64,000 nucleotides of DNA, taken from the NCBI RefSeq assembly GCF_001194135.2, contig NC_068981.1, positions 149,123,452 to 149,187,451 of the forward strand, in the 5' to 3' direction. The translations under genes and the position numbers were made by a program. Source of the DNA: Octopus bimaculoides. Taxonomy: Eukaryota. The notes beneath the pieces are model-generated. The model made no database searches. It was not told where the DNA came from and saw only the letters and a program-made list of their open reading frames with translations. Positions 1 through 12,381 of this stretch are shown here, piece by piece (within the stretch, counting starts at the first letter, position 1; each line of letters starts with the position of its first letter).

Positions 1-1496
1 TCTGGTCGTAACTATCTTTCTAATATTTACTGATATTACTCGTAAGCATTTCTCGCATAGACACAACACCACAGTTTTGTAAGGGGACTGTTATAGTCGA
101 AAGACTCAATCTCGGTACTGATCCAACCCCACGGAACGTTGAATTGCAAACCCATGTTCAAATCCCTGCTAGATTTGAACACAGAACATAAAATGATGAA
201 TCTTTATACTGCCAATTTACAATCTTCCCAATATTTGCTAATATAAAGCGTTGATTAATTATATTTGAAGTATATAATGAAACAGTTGGAAAATATATTT
301 TATTGCGGAATTGATTTCATCAAGTTTCCTACTTCATAGTGTTTTTCTTCAAATTGCCGATAGTTTTAGAATATCTATATCAGACAGCCTTAACCTCAAG
401 TCATGTAGGAATTTTCAATATGTAGTAACTTCATTAACAGTTTATTTATCTAGATTATAGAAACTTCTCATGGGACGCAAACAACTTAACAGAAAGAAGT
501 ACTTAGATGGAATACGTCACAAATAGCGTCAGCGAAATTTTAAAATCAAAAGTAAGAATTTATATCTAAATATTATTTTCAGTATATTTATTTATTTATT
601 TATTTATTCTGCAGTTTCTTTGACACGAGATTAATAAAGCAAAGATTATTTCAGTAAATCCGAAACAGGAAAGGAAGATGGTATGAAATTAAATTACCAA
701 CTTATAACGAAATTCTAAAATGTTTACATCGATTCAGATTCAATTTTTATATATTTTTCAATTAAAATTTCAGTCATTGCTGTGAATACTATATATCACA
801 AACATTGAATTCGGCAGCGCTTGGACAGTGTTATGATGTTACTCCATGCCGTATTAGGCTGCTCTGTCTAACGCAGCTCTATATTGCACAAACCAGCGAG
901 GTAACCATAATGTAGTCATGCGATATTATAGAAATAGCCACTAAATCTCTCTTAACTCATATCCAACCTTCTTTTTGTTTTTTTTTCTTTTTTTAAAAAG
1001 TTCACGTTAGTTGATGATAGGATAGTCACAACTGGACTGCTTTCGATCATAGGAACAAACTTGGCGTTAAACAATACTTTGTTTTACTTATTACGCTTAA
1101 GTATCTTAACCCAACTACAACTTTAATATTCGATATATTTATATTTCATCAAACACTTTATCTCCAAAGTAACAACAGCACCAGCAGGGGCTACAATCAT
1201 AATAACAACAAAAGAAATAAGTATTGATAACAGCACCGTTAGTTTACGAGTTGGAAGTCATGTAGACGGTTAAGTCGACAGTCATAAAACGTCGGGACGC
1301 TCGGAAGAATGGCTTTGAAATAATAACAAACGAAGAATTTATTTATGCATGTATTTATCTATTTATTTGTTTATTATGCTGACGGCTATTTTGCGATTTT
1401 CCTTTGAAGCGACCGGAAGTTGACGCCTTCTGTTGTGGAGGGAGTAAGAGAGAGCGATATCTATATATATGTGTGTGTGTATGCGTATACATACAC

Positions 1497-1560
<64 letters not shown>

Positions 1561-1583
1561 NNNNNNNNNNNNNNNNNNNNNNN

Positions 1584-1651
<68 letters not shown>

Positions 1652-1663
1652 GATATGCATATA

Positions 1664-1698
<35 letters not shown>

Positions 1699-1803
1699 GA
1701 GTACATACATACCCATATAGGTACACACAAGTATTCATATATATAGAGAGAGAGAAAGAAAGGGAGAGAAAGAGAGAACGGGTACAATTTTTTTTTATCA
1801 CAG

Positions 1804-1862
1804 ATGCGGCAATCTTATCAAACCGGAAAGAATGAACTAAAACCAAGATTGATTAAGCAAAG
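1804..1862 (+). CDS. Candidate 59-nt coding exon (MRQSYQTGKNELKPRLIKQ), product unknown
   Basis: Acceptor TTTTTTTTATCACAG before 1804. Weak donor AG|GTTAAT at 1863. Frame 0 is open and ends in phase 2, compatible with the candidate exon at 2856. No homology recognised. Confidence 0.2.
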
Positions 1863-2418
1863 GTTAATAAAATATAAAAATAAAAAAATTTGAAGATCGT
1901 GACCTTTCCATTTTTCAAGAGGTCAACAGGTTCATTTGTTTATTTCTTCTGTATTATTCCAATTGAAGTTACAAGTGATTTTGGGTAGAATTATAGATTT
2001 AAATACATTTAATTACCTTTCTAAGTAGTTGTTGTAGACACCCGTCAGTAAGCCACATGTCTATTTCGAGAAAACATAGTTGCTTCCGCTGTTCGTTCGA
2101 CCCGCTAGAAATAGTAGCCAAAATTACCTCACTTTGCACCCTTAAATAATCCCGGACATCTTTACTCATTCTGTTCAGTAATGTATAAAATATACTACCT
2201 ATAAAAATGCATTATAATAAGAACATTGGTCTGTTCATTTTACTTAACTTCCTATCGGCGGTTTTATGAAGTGTCAGCCGACAGTCAAAGATGTTATAAA
2301 GAATCGTAAATAAAATTCTAACACCAGTTCGAAACTAATCCGTTTGGCTTCTCTTTTTTTTGTCCACGGGTATATTGAAGACAAGATAGATGTTCACATA
2401 TGTGTATTCTATAAAGAG

Positions 2419-2822
2419 TTACTCTTTTACTCTTTTACTTGTTTCAGTCATTTGACTGTGGTCATGCTAGAGCACCGCCTTTAGTCGAGCAAATCAACCC
2501 CGGGACTTATTCTTTGTAAGCCTAGTACTTATTCTATCGGTCTCTTTTGCCGAACCGCTAAGTTACGGGGACATAGACACACCAGCATCGGTTGTCAAGC
2601 GATGTTGGGGGGACAAACATATACACACATATACACACACACACATATATATATACATATATACGACAGGTTTCTTTCAGTTTCCGTCTACCAAATGCAC
2701 TCACAAGGCTTTGGTCGGCCCGAGGCTATAGGAGAAGACACTTGCCCAAGGTGCCACGCAGTGGGAATGAACCCGGAACCATGTGGTTGGTAGGCAAGCT
2801 ACTTACCACACAGCCACTCCTG
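2419..2822 (-). mobile_element. tRNA-derived SINE, family A (full length)
   Basis: Minus strand starts CAGGAGTGGCTGTGTGGTAAG (A box), then GGTTCATTCCC (B box), an internal (TA/TG)n tract, and ends ...GACTGAAACAAGTAAAAGAGTAAAAGAG. About 15 copies are in the window; partials at ~18975-19207+, 21490-21620+, 23700-23860-, 49480-49800-, 51225-51385-, 58525-58840-, 59425-59645+. Confidence 0.9.
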
Positions 2823-2855
2823 TTTAAAAATCTATAGATTTATTCTGTATTACAG

Positions 2856-3042
2856 TATAGGATTTACTCACAGCAATGTTAATGAAACTTTTACGTTGAA
2901 GGAGCAGCATGGAATACAGTTGATCAGAATCGATCTTCTTGATCAGGTTCGACCAAGGGTCAAACATGAAGCTGAGGAAGAGAATGAAAACAAGCAGAAG
3001 ATAAATGTAAATGAATACCATACTTCTAAAGCGGAAACATAA
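2856..3042 (+). CDS. Candidate terminal coding exon (IGFTHSNVNETFTLKEQHGIQLIRIDLLDQVRPRVKHEAEEENENKQKINVNEYHTSKAET*), product unknown
   Basis: Acceptor ATTTATTCTGTATTACAG, 61 open codons with GAA-rich composition, TAA at 3040-3042. The acceptor and first codons are conserved in a paralogous copy at 12644. A competing minus-strand exon reading exists (see findings). Confidence 0.35.
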
Positions 3043-5127
3043 ACTGGACTGAATCATCTTGACTTCGGAAAACTTCTGGTTATTATCATAAGCCTTGTGT
3101 TAGTGTCGGTTAAAAAAAAAATTAACTAATTAAATTCATTTTAATATTCGTTTAAAATTTTCTAAACTGCCATTTAATGTAATAATGATTGAAATGATTA
3201 GTGGCTAACGAAGCTCTATTCATGAAAATCAGTTTAACTTATTTACTGAAACCACTAAATTTATATATACATATATATGCATGCGTGGGAATACACCTCT
3301 TCATTCCACACACACAAACACATACACGCACACATTTAGCTCTTCATGTGTAGGAGAGGAGAGCATGTGACTTATAAAATGAACCACAAGAAGGGTTCGG
3401 AACTACATTAAGTCAATCCTCTTTTTCTACCCACGGAAGAGATACGAGCGAAATATTTGTTCATATATATATATATATATCAGCGAAATATTTGTTCATA
3501 TAGGCGTTCACGGTGTTGAACGTCATTTTTTTCGGCTCCCGACATTTTCTCTTCTAGGCAAGAGAAGTATACAAAATAAATGGTAAACTACTTATGCATT
3601 AGTAGTTTTCGTTCTTTGTCCTGTAACGTTTTAATGAATAAACGTTTAGATTTTAGTTAACAGTGTGTGTTTGTGTGTGCGCGCGCTAAACTTCATTAAA
3701 TTCATTGAGCATTTGTAAAAACGGTCTTCTTAAACACACCCACACCATGGACAGGAAAGGACAAATCAACTGCATAGGCTTGAATCATTATTGAGAAGTC
3801 ACCAACAACTGACATTACGTCTTTCATTGTCCACAATCATACAAGTAGAGTTAGAATTACTAAGAGCATTATTATTTTTTTGTTTTGCAAAAATATCGAA
3901 CAGATTTAGTGTTCATTTTTGAAGCTATGACCCAACAAAATAAACAAAGAAAAGAAAGTTTTTTACAGCCGTCCAGTGTATTTAACTATGTATAATTTGC
4001 ACACAGTTTGGTTAAAATTCATGGGTTTATTCTGCAACGTACTACAATTCTAAAATAAATGAATAAGTATGTGCAATTGTCTATGTAAAGCAAAAGCAAT
4101 ATAATTTCAGATAAATGTAAAAAGCAAACTGTAATGTTTGTTATAAACATGATCATAAATTAAGGATGAAATATAAATTTAGACCAATTTGAAAATGTGG
4201 AAGCTATGTAATTTAGAATTACATAAGCTTGTAAATTACAGACTAACATATCAGACGGGGAATCCAAAATGTCAGGGAATGTTACAAAGAAAAGGTTAAT
4301 GTGGAAATTTCCCACTGAATAAATAGAAAAACATAATGTATTGATGAAATCCTAAAATGTTAGAAAAGTAAAATTCTGAATGGAAACTAATTCACCTTGA
4401 ATTCGAGGGTAGATTATTAATGAACACGTCATTCCAAATTAAAGATCCTTTGAGTTAAGTCATATTGCTTCTTAGATAAACAAATTTGAATAAAGGAAGC
4501 AACCAAAGGCATTGCTTTTGTCAGATGTTTATGTTAATTTTGGCTAAATACGCAGAAAACTGTGCCATTTAGAATGACAAATACGGTAGGTGTTAAATGA
4601 GAAGAGAAAGGACACTCTTGGTGATGTAGTTGTAGAATACAACATGTCGAATAAAAAAACGTGATGGTCATGGCTAGAACGTCCTCGATCACAAGACTGT
4701 TCAGTCAAGGTGAACCTGAGGCCAACAACATTCAACGACGATACGAATGGTTGACGAAAGCCATAAGCAAGCCATTATTTGTTTTCTGTGTTTACAATAA
4801 TGAAAATAATTATATTGGGAGACACAGAAATACGAAATATATCAATAAGCCTAGCAATAGCTGGAGCAAAGCAAGCAAGATGTATTAACTACCTGAAATG
4901 CTGTGGTATGAAATAAACACTATGAGATTAAAAGGGATATATTGGAAAACGAAGAGGAAAAAGGAAAACTGGGCTGGGGTTTCGAATATATTGGCAATGT
5001 CTTCTCTGTCGGGAGAAAAAAATGTAGGTATTATTCGTGGATTATTTCTTCAAAATCTCATACGGTGAGAAATATTAAAAGCATCGAGGGAAATTTTAAA
5101 AATACTAGCAAGTAAACTTTAGACGGC

Positions 5128-5211
<84 letters not shown>

Positions 5212-5248
5212 GTAGGTAGATAGGTAGATAGGTAGATAGGTAGATAGG

Positions 5249-5282
<34 letters not shown>

Positions 5283-5335
5283 CATGCATACATACATACA
5301 TACATACATACATACATACATACATACATGTATAT
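5128..5335. repeat. Compound (GATA)n/(GGTA)n/(CATA)n microsatellite
   Basis: Direct reading of tandem tetramers. Confidence 0.95.
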
Positions 5336-5452
5336 ACAAGGCGAGAAATATCAGAGCGTATTTGGTAATTTAATAAAACAACTCTAACCTAACAAAAACG
5401 AAATGTATTTATAAAAAAACTACGCTTGCTTTCGAAAAGTCTTCTTATAGGA

Positions 5453-6180
5453 TTATGCTATAAATCTGCTTTCAGCTGCAATCCCTGATTCAATTGTGGA
5501 TATGTCTCTACTAAATGGCTCTTATTCATTTTAGACATCACGTGGACAGTGGAGCTATGATATTGTGAGGATGTCGATAAGTCTCCATTTCAACAACCCT
5601 GGACGCCATAAGTTTTGTGCTACATGATCGTATGAATTTGACATTCAATCTCGGGTCGCTTGGGCTTTGTGAAACGATGATGAATCTTGTTGAAACACAT
5701 ATGGCCTTCAACTGCGTACTTCTTTCATCTAGAGAGCTTAACAACTGTTTCAAGTAACACAACGCATCCAACATCATAAACTCTAAGACTTTATAGAAAA
5801 ATGTAAGGCGGCGAGACATGACCTTAATTACTCACCACTCCTAAAACAATCACAGTTGTTGGAAACTTAGTATACATCACATTGGGAACCTTCATATAAC
5901 CATCTGTTATTCTTTTCCGGTAGACTTTCATTCGAGGTTTTTCTCATCAGAGAAGAACCATAGCGAGCAATGGTCGTGAGGGTTTTAACCGCGTTAAGTA
6001 ACTGCCTGGCACGAATCAAACAGCTTTCCTGTGTCTTTGAAGAGATGAATTGGACCCTTATCGTACATACGACTTGTATCGAATGTCCTCATGCACCACA
6101 GTTCTGACAGTTCATTCCAGCACCTGAAGTTCTTTGGTGCTGTCCCTCATTGATTTCCGGAAACATCATCGATAATGCTT
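5453..6180 (-). pseudogene. Decayed Tc1/mariner-superfamily transposase, maT/DD37D (Bmmar1-like) type
   Basis: Minus-strand peptides VVHEDIRYKSY (6067-6099), FFSDEKN (5937-5957), NNRWL, MYTKFPTTVIVLGVVSN*GHV, RPYVFQQDSS.FHKA (5681-5701), HPHN and MSKMNKSHLV match the maT motif order. Many stops and frameshifts; the SPDLNPLD block is deleted. Confidence 0.8.
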
Positions 6181-6885
6181 TGAATGTATTGGATGAACAA
6201 TAATGTTATTATAGTGTCCGAACTTTTAGAAAACTGTTTTATTTATTCATTTTTATCTCACTAATATATACGAAACGTTCGCGCCATAAATCTTTAATTC
6301 CACCCGAACTTTGTGTACAAAAGATTTTGTAATATTTAGCAATTTCTAAATCACCGTTCCGCACATATAGTAACATTGACTGCATGTCCATTTATGTGTT
6401 ATATATATGTATATTTATCAGTTTATAGGTATCATGTAGATAGTGGACAATAGTTCGTTAGCTTCCAGCATACAACTAGCTAGTGTAGAACAACCAAAGA
6501 ATAATATTGATTGATAGAACCTTTTGATCAATATATATGATCCATTACATTACAAACTTTGGAAAAACTATGACACTCCAAATTCAATAGCAACTTCCAT
6601 TGCATATCACACATTAAATAAATAAAGTAATAAGAATGGACCATCACAGTTCAGTACATGTATTTCAGAAGTAAAATACCCGACAAATTATTTGTGTATT
6701 ATATCATAATAGAAAGGTAATTTACATTCGTAACGGTCAGGTGTCAAAATCAATTTGTACTTACATTTCGATCGGTCGAAATATAATTTGACAGATATTT
6801 TGCTTCTGAAACATAAGTCGTACCAAACTGTGATTGTCCATTCCTCTTGCTGCGAGTTTATGTGAGTATGAGTCACGTATGTATG

Positions 6886-7401
6886 TCATTCAGTTTTACT
6901 TCAAGATTTCTTGCCAATAAAGAGCCGGTTTCTAAACTAGATCCAAGGCTCCGTCACTAGAATTTCAACATTAACAGGATATTTTTGTTTCTATGTATGT
7001 ATGTATATGTGCAGATTTGTATGTTTTGTTTTATGTATGTTTTCTCATGCATATAGTTACATGTCTAGACATGCTCATATATACTTAAACTTCTGGAAAG
7101 TTTTATAGATTTTCACAATTCCAGTGATAGCTTGGATCTATAGTCTTCAAATCAGCTTTCTCCTTTCTGGTTTTGAGAAGCATAATTTCTCAAAATTAGT
7201 ATTTAGGCAGTGTTACATATCCCAGTGTCCCAATAATTACAGGTATAAACCTGAACTTGTAATCTGGATAGAGTAGCTGTAAATTCCTCAATAGTTCAGC
7301 ATAGTTATTTTCTTTTCGCTGTTCTTTCGCATTGTTAACATCTGCTGGGCGGCTGATTTCCTCAACAGTTTCTCTTCTCAGTCACAAATTACTATGTCAG
7401 G
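6886..7401 (-). mobile_element. 3' end of a non-LTR retrotransposon with restriction-like endonuclease (R2/R4/NeSL-type)
   Basis: Minus strand reads PDIVICD*EEK..VEEISRPADVN...KENNYAELLRNLQLLYPDYKFRFIPVIIGTLGYV...IQAITGIVKIYKTFQKF, i.e. the PD..D, E and K motifs and the iP.iiGalG motif. A ~190-nt 3' UTR follows and runs into CATACATAC. Confidence 0.75.
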
Positions 7402-8255
7402 TATATTATTTATATTTTATTGAGGTTTTCACAGGGCCATTCCACCAGTATTCCTTTTTATTATGAGAGGCTATTGCTTCTACGATACTGTAGGTTCTTA
7501 TTGTATGTATGTATGTATGTATGTATGCATGTATGTATGTGTGTGTGTGTGTTTTATGGAATAACTCAAAGGCTTGCACAGGTAAGGTATACTTGGGCTT
7601 CAGGTTTCCAATTTTAGGTTGGCTGCAAGTAGAGACTCGGAGTAAAAGTTCTTTCAGATTTCAGCTAATAATTAATACATAACTAATTTTCAAGCATCTG
7701 TTGGCTAACTACTACATAAGTAGTGAAAACAAACTAATTGCTTCTAACATAGGCAGAAGAACTGAAATTCAGTGATATATCTTAACCGATTAAATTTACC
7801 TCACTACTTTATTTTATCGGCCTTGGAAGGATGAACGAGAAAGCTGACCCCGGTGAGATTTGAATCCCGAACTCACAGAGTTGAAAAATAAAACCGCAAA
7901 GCGCTTTGCCAGACGTTTTAACAGACTTTACTGCCTTAATTATAGTCTCAGAATTTGGCACAAGGCCAGCAACCTTAAGGGAGGAAGTAAAACGAACACA
8001 TCGGCTCCAGTGTTAAACTGATACGTCGAACATGGATGAAGGGAAAATTCGACCTCAATGAATCCAGAACGTGAAGAGCCGGAAGAAATGTCGCAGAGTA
8101 TTTTTTCCGTGTCTTTAAGATTTCTACCAACTCCCTCCTTAATCTATTTCCCTAATAATAATTGTAGTAATAGCAATTTGGAGGTTTTAGGAAACTGTAG
8201 CTGATTTAATCAAGCTCAGTAATGGAATAGCAGTTATTCCATATTTTGTACCTAA

Positions 8256-8572
8256 AAGATGGCACTCCGTCGGTTACGACGACGTGGGTTCCAGTTGATC
8301 CGATCAACAAAACAGCCTGTTCGTGAAATTAACGTGAAATTGGCTGAGTACTCCGCAGGCAAGCGTACCCTTAATGTAGTTCTCGGGAAGATTCAGCGTG
8401 ACACAGAATGTGACAAAGCTGGCCCTTTCAATTACAGGTACTACTCATTTTTACCAGCTGAGTGTACTTGAGCAACGTGAAATGAAATGTCTTGCTCAAG
8501 AACTCAATAAACTGCCAATTTACGAACTCACCACCTTACGAGCGTGAGCCGAATACCTTAAGCGCTTAGTTG
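8256..8572 (-). mobile_element. tRNA-derived SINE, family B' (second copy 31577-31903 -)
   Basis: Shares the central GTTCTTGAGCAAGACA(C/T)TTCATTTCACGTTGCTC..CACTCAGCTG block with family B but has a different tail, ...GTTGATCGGATCAACTGGAACC..CGTCGTAACCGACGGAGTGCC. Confidence 0.8.
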
Positions 8573-9299
8573 TGTAGGTAACGTGTAGAATAGGAATGTG
8601 AAACATGTGAAAATCTGGTCATATGTGGCCGTTTATAGATCATTGTATAGCTTGCATTTATCATAAGTATATATTCATAATTTTTTGTAATGATGGGAAT
8701 CAGGTAGTGACTGGCAGAATCGTTGGACCTTTTGGGAAAATGTCTTGCAATATTTGCAATGGCTTCCTATACTCTGAAGTCAAATCTCACCAAGGTTAAT
8801 TTTGTCTTTCAGGCTTCCAAATTGATAAAAAATAGTATTAGTCATGTACTGGGGGTGGTGTAAACAAGAAACCCGTCCTCATAAAAAGTTCTGGCCTGCT
8901 GCCTGTATTAGAAACAGTAAATATTGTAGTTAAGCTGGATTCTGCCTACAGCTGGCATTCATGTAACCTCCGATAATGTCAAGGGTCCGGTGACTAAACC
9001 AGCCAACTTCATCCAGTAAACTCCATCCAGAAGGGTGGAGAGGACCCAGCAGTATTAAAACTATAACCTGCCAAAGGGCGGAAGAAACTTGTAAAGAAAA
9101 ACTAACTATACATGGAGAGAAGACAGGCGCCACCAGATTATTTGCCTATGGAAACACAGCATGATGACACAGCAAAACTGAAAATACCATATTAGATCGG
9201 TTGGGGTTCGTTGTTTGATGGCCGGTTAAGATACAAGGAGAAGGTTGTGTCTCTTGCTGTGCATCTAATGTCTCCCTAGGTTATGAATTTTGATTGATC

Positions 9300-9313
9300 G
9301 AATAATAATAAGA

Positions 9314-9390
<77 letters not shown>
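9300..9390. repeat. (TAA)n microsatellite
   Basis: Direct reading. Confidence 0.95.
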
Positions 9391-9394
<4 letters not shown>

Positions 9395-10377
9395 TTTGTG
9401 ATGACATTTGTTTAATAGAACGTTACATAATTCGAACTTCTTTTGTATCCATTCTGATATCAACACATCGTGACGTATATAGTCGAAAAAATATGAGTGA
9501 AAGATAAACTCACACACATATACAGAAGAAAAAAATTGCGTCATATGCACAAGTAGTAACGCATATGAACATAGAATATGTGACAAATAAAACAAACAAA
9601 TAAAAGTAGAAACAAACATATAAAAATATTTACAAATAAATATGATTATATGAAATTGAAATAAATAAATAATAATAACAACAACAACAACAACACCAGA
9701 GTCAAAAGTCGAGATTAAAAGTGAAATAACATTCACAGAGTCGGGAAATAATTCAAACCTTCAAAAGTTTCTCAAAGAATTTGATGTAAAACTTAGCAGG
9801 CTAAATTTTCTCTTTACCTTACATAACGACGATATCACGTTTCCTTAGAGAAACTAGAAACCGGATATTGCGACGTCTCGTACGTATATTTCTCCACAGG
9901 ACAAGTAAAGTTGCAGATTTCTTAAAGCAAGCAATTGAAGAAACAAAACTCTCTCCGGATTACACACATACATACACACACATACGCGCTGCCGCATACA
10001 CACAGTCACACACTTAATCACGGATTGATACATGCTCTTATACTTGCGCTTATGCATGAGTGTGTGTATAATGTTCGCACATATATGAGCAGAGCTCTTG
10101 TACGGATTTCCGTCGGTTTCGACGGTAAGTTATTCATTTGTTTCAACTGAAATATCTGCCTGTAAAGTAGCGTGTAAGCACCAGAAAATTCCATGTGCAC
10201 GTGAATTCTTAACGAAATTCTCAAGAAGAATCTGCTTGGCGCACTAAGGCAGCGATAGGCCTTTAAATTTCAGGTATGATTCATAGTAGGGGCTTCCATA
10301 CTGTTCCCGTCTAACAAGTTTCATTAGCACGTCTTGGGTCAACTGGAGGCTATAGTAAAAGAGAATTACTTTAAGAC

Positions 10378-10615
10378 TATGAGGCGGCGAGCTGGCAGAA
10401 ACGTTAGCACACCGGACGAACTGCCTAGCGGTATTTCGTCCGCCGTTGCGTTCTGAGTTCAAATTCTGCCGAGGTCGATTTTGCCTTTCATCCTTTCGGG
10501 ATCAATTAAATAAGTGCCAGTTACGCACTAGGGTCGATGTAATCGACTTACTCTCTTTGTCTGTCCTTGTTTGTCCCCTCTATGTCTAGCCCTCTGTGGG
10601 CAATAAACTAATAAA
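10378..10615 (+). mobile_element. tRNA-derived SINE, family C (representative; ~20 copies)
   Basis: Head GGCGGCGAGCTGGCAGAA (A box), GAGTTCAAATT (B box), central GGTCGA(C/T)TTTGCCTTTCATCCTTTCGGG. Other copies approx.: 7740-7935-, 7945-8140-, 8700-8860+, 11120-11390-, 11460-11645-, 13180-13400-, 13415-13575-, 14135-14378-, 16470-16690+, 16700-16880+, 17050-17230-, 24530-24740+, 28365-28520+, 28612-28750+, 60490-60665-, 60835-61040-, 62295-62530+. Confidence 0.9.
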
Positions 10616-10695
10616 TACTTTAAAACTGTAAAGAGGAGGGGGGGGGGAAGGAAAATTTGACTGCACTTTTTTGCATGTCAAATGTTCATCTAGAG

Positions 10696-11027
10696 CAGTG
10701 GTTCTCAACTGGGTCAATATTGCCCCTGAGGGTTTATATAAGATTTTGATGGTGGGGGGCATGCAACAACATAGTAAATTGGGGATCCATAATAATATTT
10801 TCAGAGCACCTGAAAAGATTTTGCTTTAGATTGTATTGTTTGAAAGAGCTTGGTTTCTTTCTCTAACATTTTACATAGTTCAACCTACACAAGTTAATAT
10901 TTGAAAAAAAAATCTGAAAAATTTTTCTATAAAACTAGTTTTTAAGCATTGAATGGATACGGGGGTCTACCAGAGTAAAATTATAATCAAAGGGGTCCGT
11001 AGATGAAAAATGGTTGAGAAACCCCTG
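10696..11027. mobile_element. hAT (Charlie-like) MITE
   Basis: TIRs CAGTGGTTCTCAAC / GTTGAGAAACCCCTG. 8-bp flanks ATCTAGAG (10688-10695) and ATCTAGAC (11028-11035) fit the TCTAGA target preference of Charlie elements. Confidence 0.85.
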
Positions 11028-11435
11028 ATCTAGACTGTCACCCTAACAAATAATTTTATTTTCCTTAGCTCACTTATTTTGTTATTATACAAATTTCTGT
11101 TGCACGTAATTGCTACTGATTTAGGCACAAGACTGGTAATTTTGAGGGGAAGGGTCAGTCGATACCATCGACTCGAGTGCTAGCATGGTACTTTATTTTA
11201 CCAACTCCGGATGAATGGAAAACAAATTTAACCTTGAGATTGGTACTTTCATTTACCAACACTGGATGAATGAAAAGTGAAGTTATCCTCGGCGAGATTT
11301 GAACTCAGAACCTAAAAACCGGAACAAATACCACAGTGCATTTTTTCGAACGCTGTAAAGATTCTACACAACTCATTGCCTGTCCGTTGAACAAATAGTA
11401 TTGAAACAAAACACTGACAACGCCTCAGCAATATA

Positions 11436-12381
11436 CATTGGGTCATCCCATAAATAATCCTTTCTACTATAGTCACAAGGCCAGAAATCTAGGGGAAGGG
11501 ATTGTCGAATACATCAACTCCAGTCCACAACTGGTACTTATTTTATCGACCCCGAAAGGATGAAAGGTAAAGTCGACCTCTGAGCGTAACGACGGGCGAA
11601 ATACTGCTAAGCATTTCGTCCAGCGCGCTGACGATTCTGCCAGCTGTGTGTGCCATCGGAAAAGTCAGAAAATTGGGTCAATGGATTCCTCACAAACTTT
11701 CCGAGTCAAATTGTGCGCAGAAAGTGAATGTGTGTTCTTTGCTGTAACGTCTCACGAATGAACTTAAAAATGTTAAGCGCTGAAGACAGAGGGTATGGAA
11801 AGGAGAAACCCCGGCACCTCAGGCTAAAGAAAGTATTCACCCACGTAAGGTATTGATACCTGTTTGTTAGGATATGAAAGGTTTAGTTCACTTTGAAGTT
11901 TTAAACCCAAACCAAACGATAACAGAGGAGATCTACTGCGAGCAGCTTGAGCAGCCTAAGAAAAACGACCATCTTTGGTTTCAAGACGAAAGGTGTTCTT
12001 CCATCAGGATAATGTTGGGCCATATACAGCGAGGATGACATTCCAAAGGCTGAAGCAGTTTGAATGGGAAGCAATGCCCCACCCACCATATTCGCCGGAC
12101 ATTGCTCTATCTGATTATCATTTATTCCGCAGTCTTCAAAATCATTTGGACGGAAAAAATATGAATTCTGCAGACGCGTTCAGAACAGTACTCGAGGAGT
12201 ATTTTTCGTTAGGGACAAGTTAAATTTGGAAGAGGGGCCTTGCAAGACTACCATATAGATAGAAGAGCATTGTAGAAAATGAAGGAGAGTATCTTTTAGA
12301 TTAAAAAAGAATTTTGTTTATCTGAATCTTGAAAAATAAAGAAATATAAAAAGATCGTATTATTTACAGGATGACCCAGTA
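11436..12381 (+). mobile_element. Decayed mariner (DD34D) transposon, 5' part deleted and replaced by a family C SINE
   Basis: TIRs TTGGGTCATCCCATAAATAAT (left) and ATTATTTACAGGATGACCCAGTA (right). Peptides KLGQWIPHKL, FFHQDNVGPY and HPPYSPDIALSDYHLFRSLQNHL; stop TAA at ~12305. Frameshifted. Confidence 0.9.

Noticed and set aside
440-680. Exon/short-intron-like signals (GTAAGA at 552, TGCAG at 614, GTATGA at 681)
   Set aside because: No phase-consistent open reading across them.
5925-5950. CTGATGA...CTCGAA hammerhead-like string on the minus strand
   Set aside because: It is the FFSDEKN codon stretch of the transposase; no GAAA or stems I/III.
8860-9280. GC-richer unique stretch resembling a LINE 5' UTR
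   Set aside because: No second copy or ORF in the window to support it.
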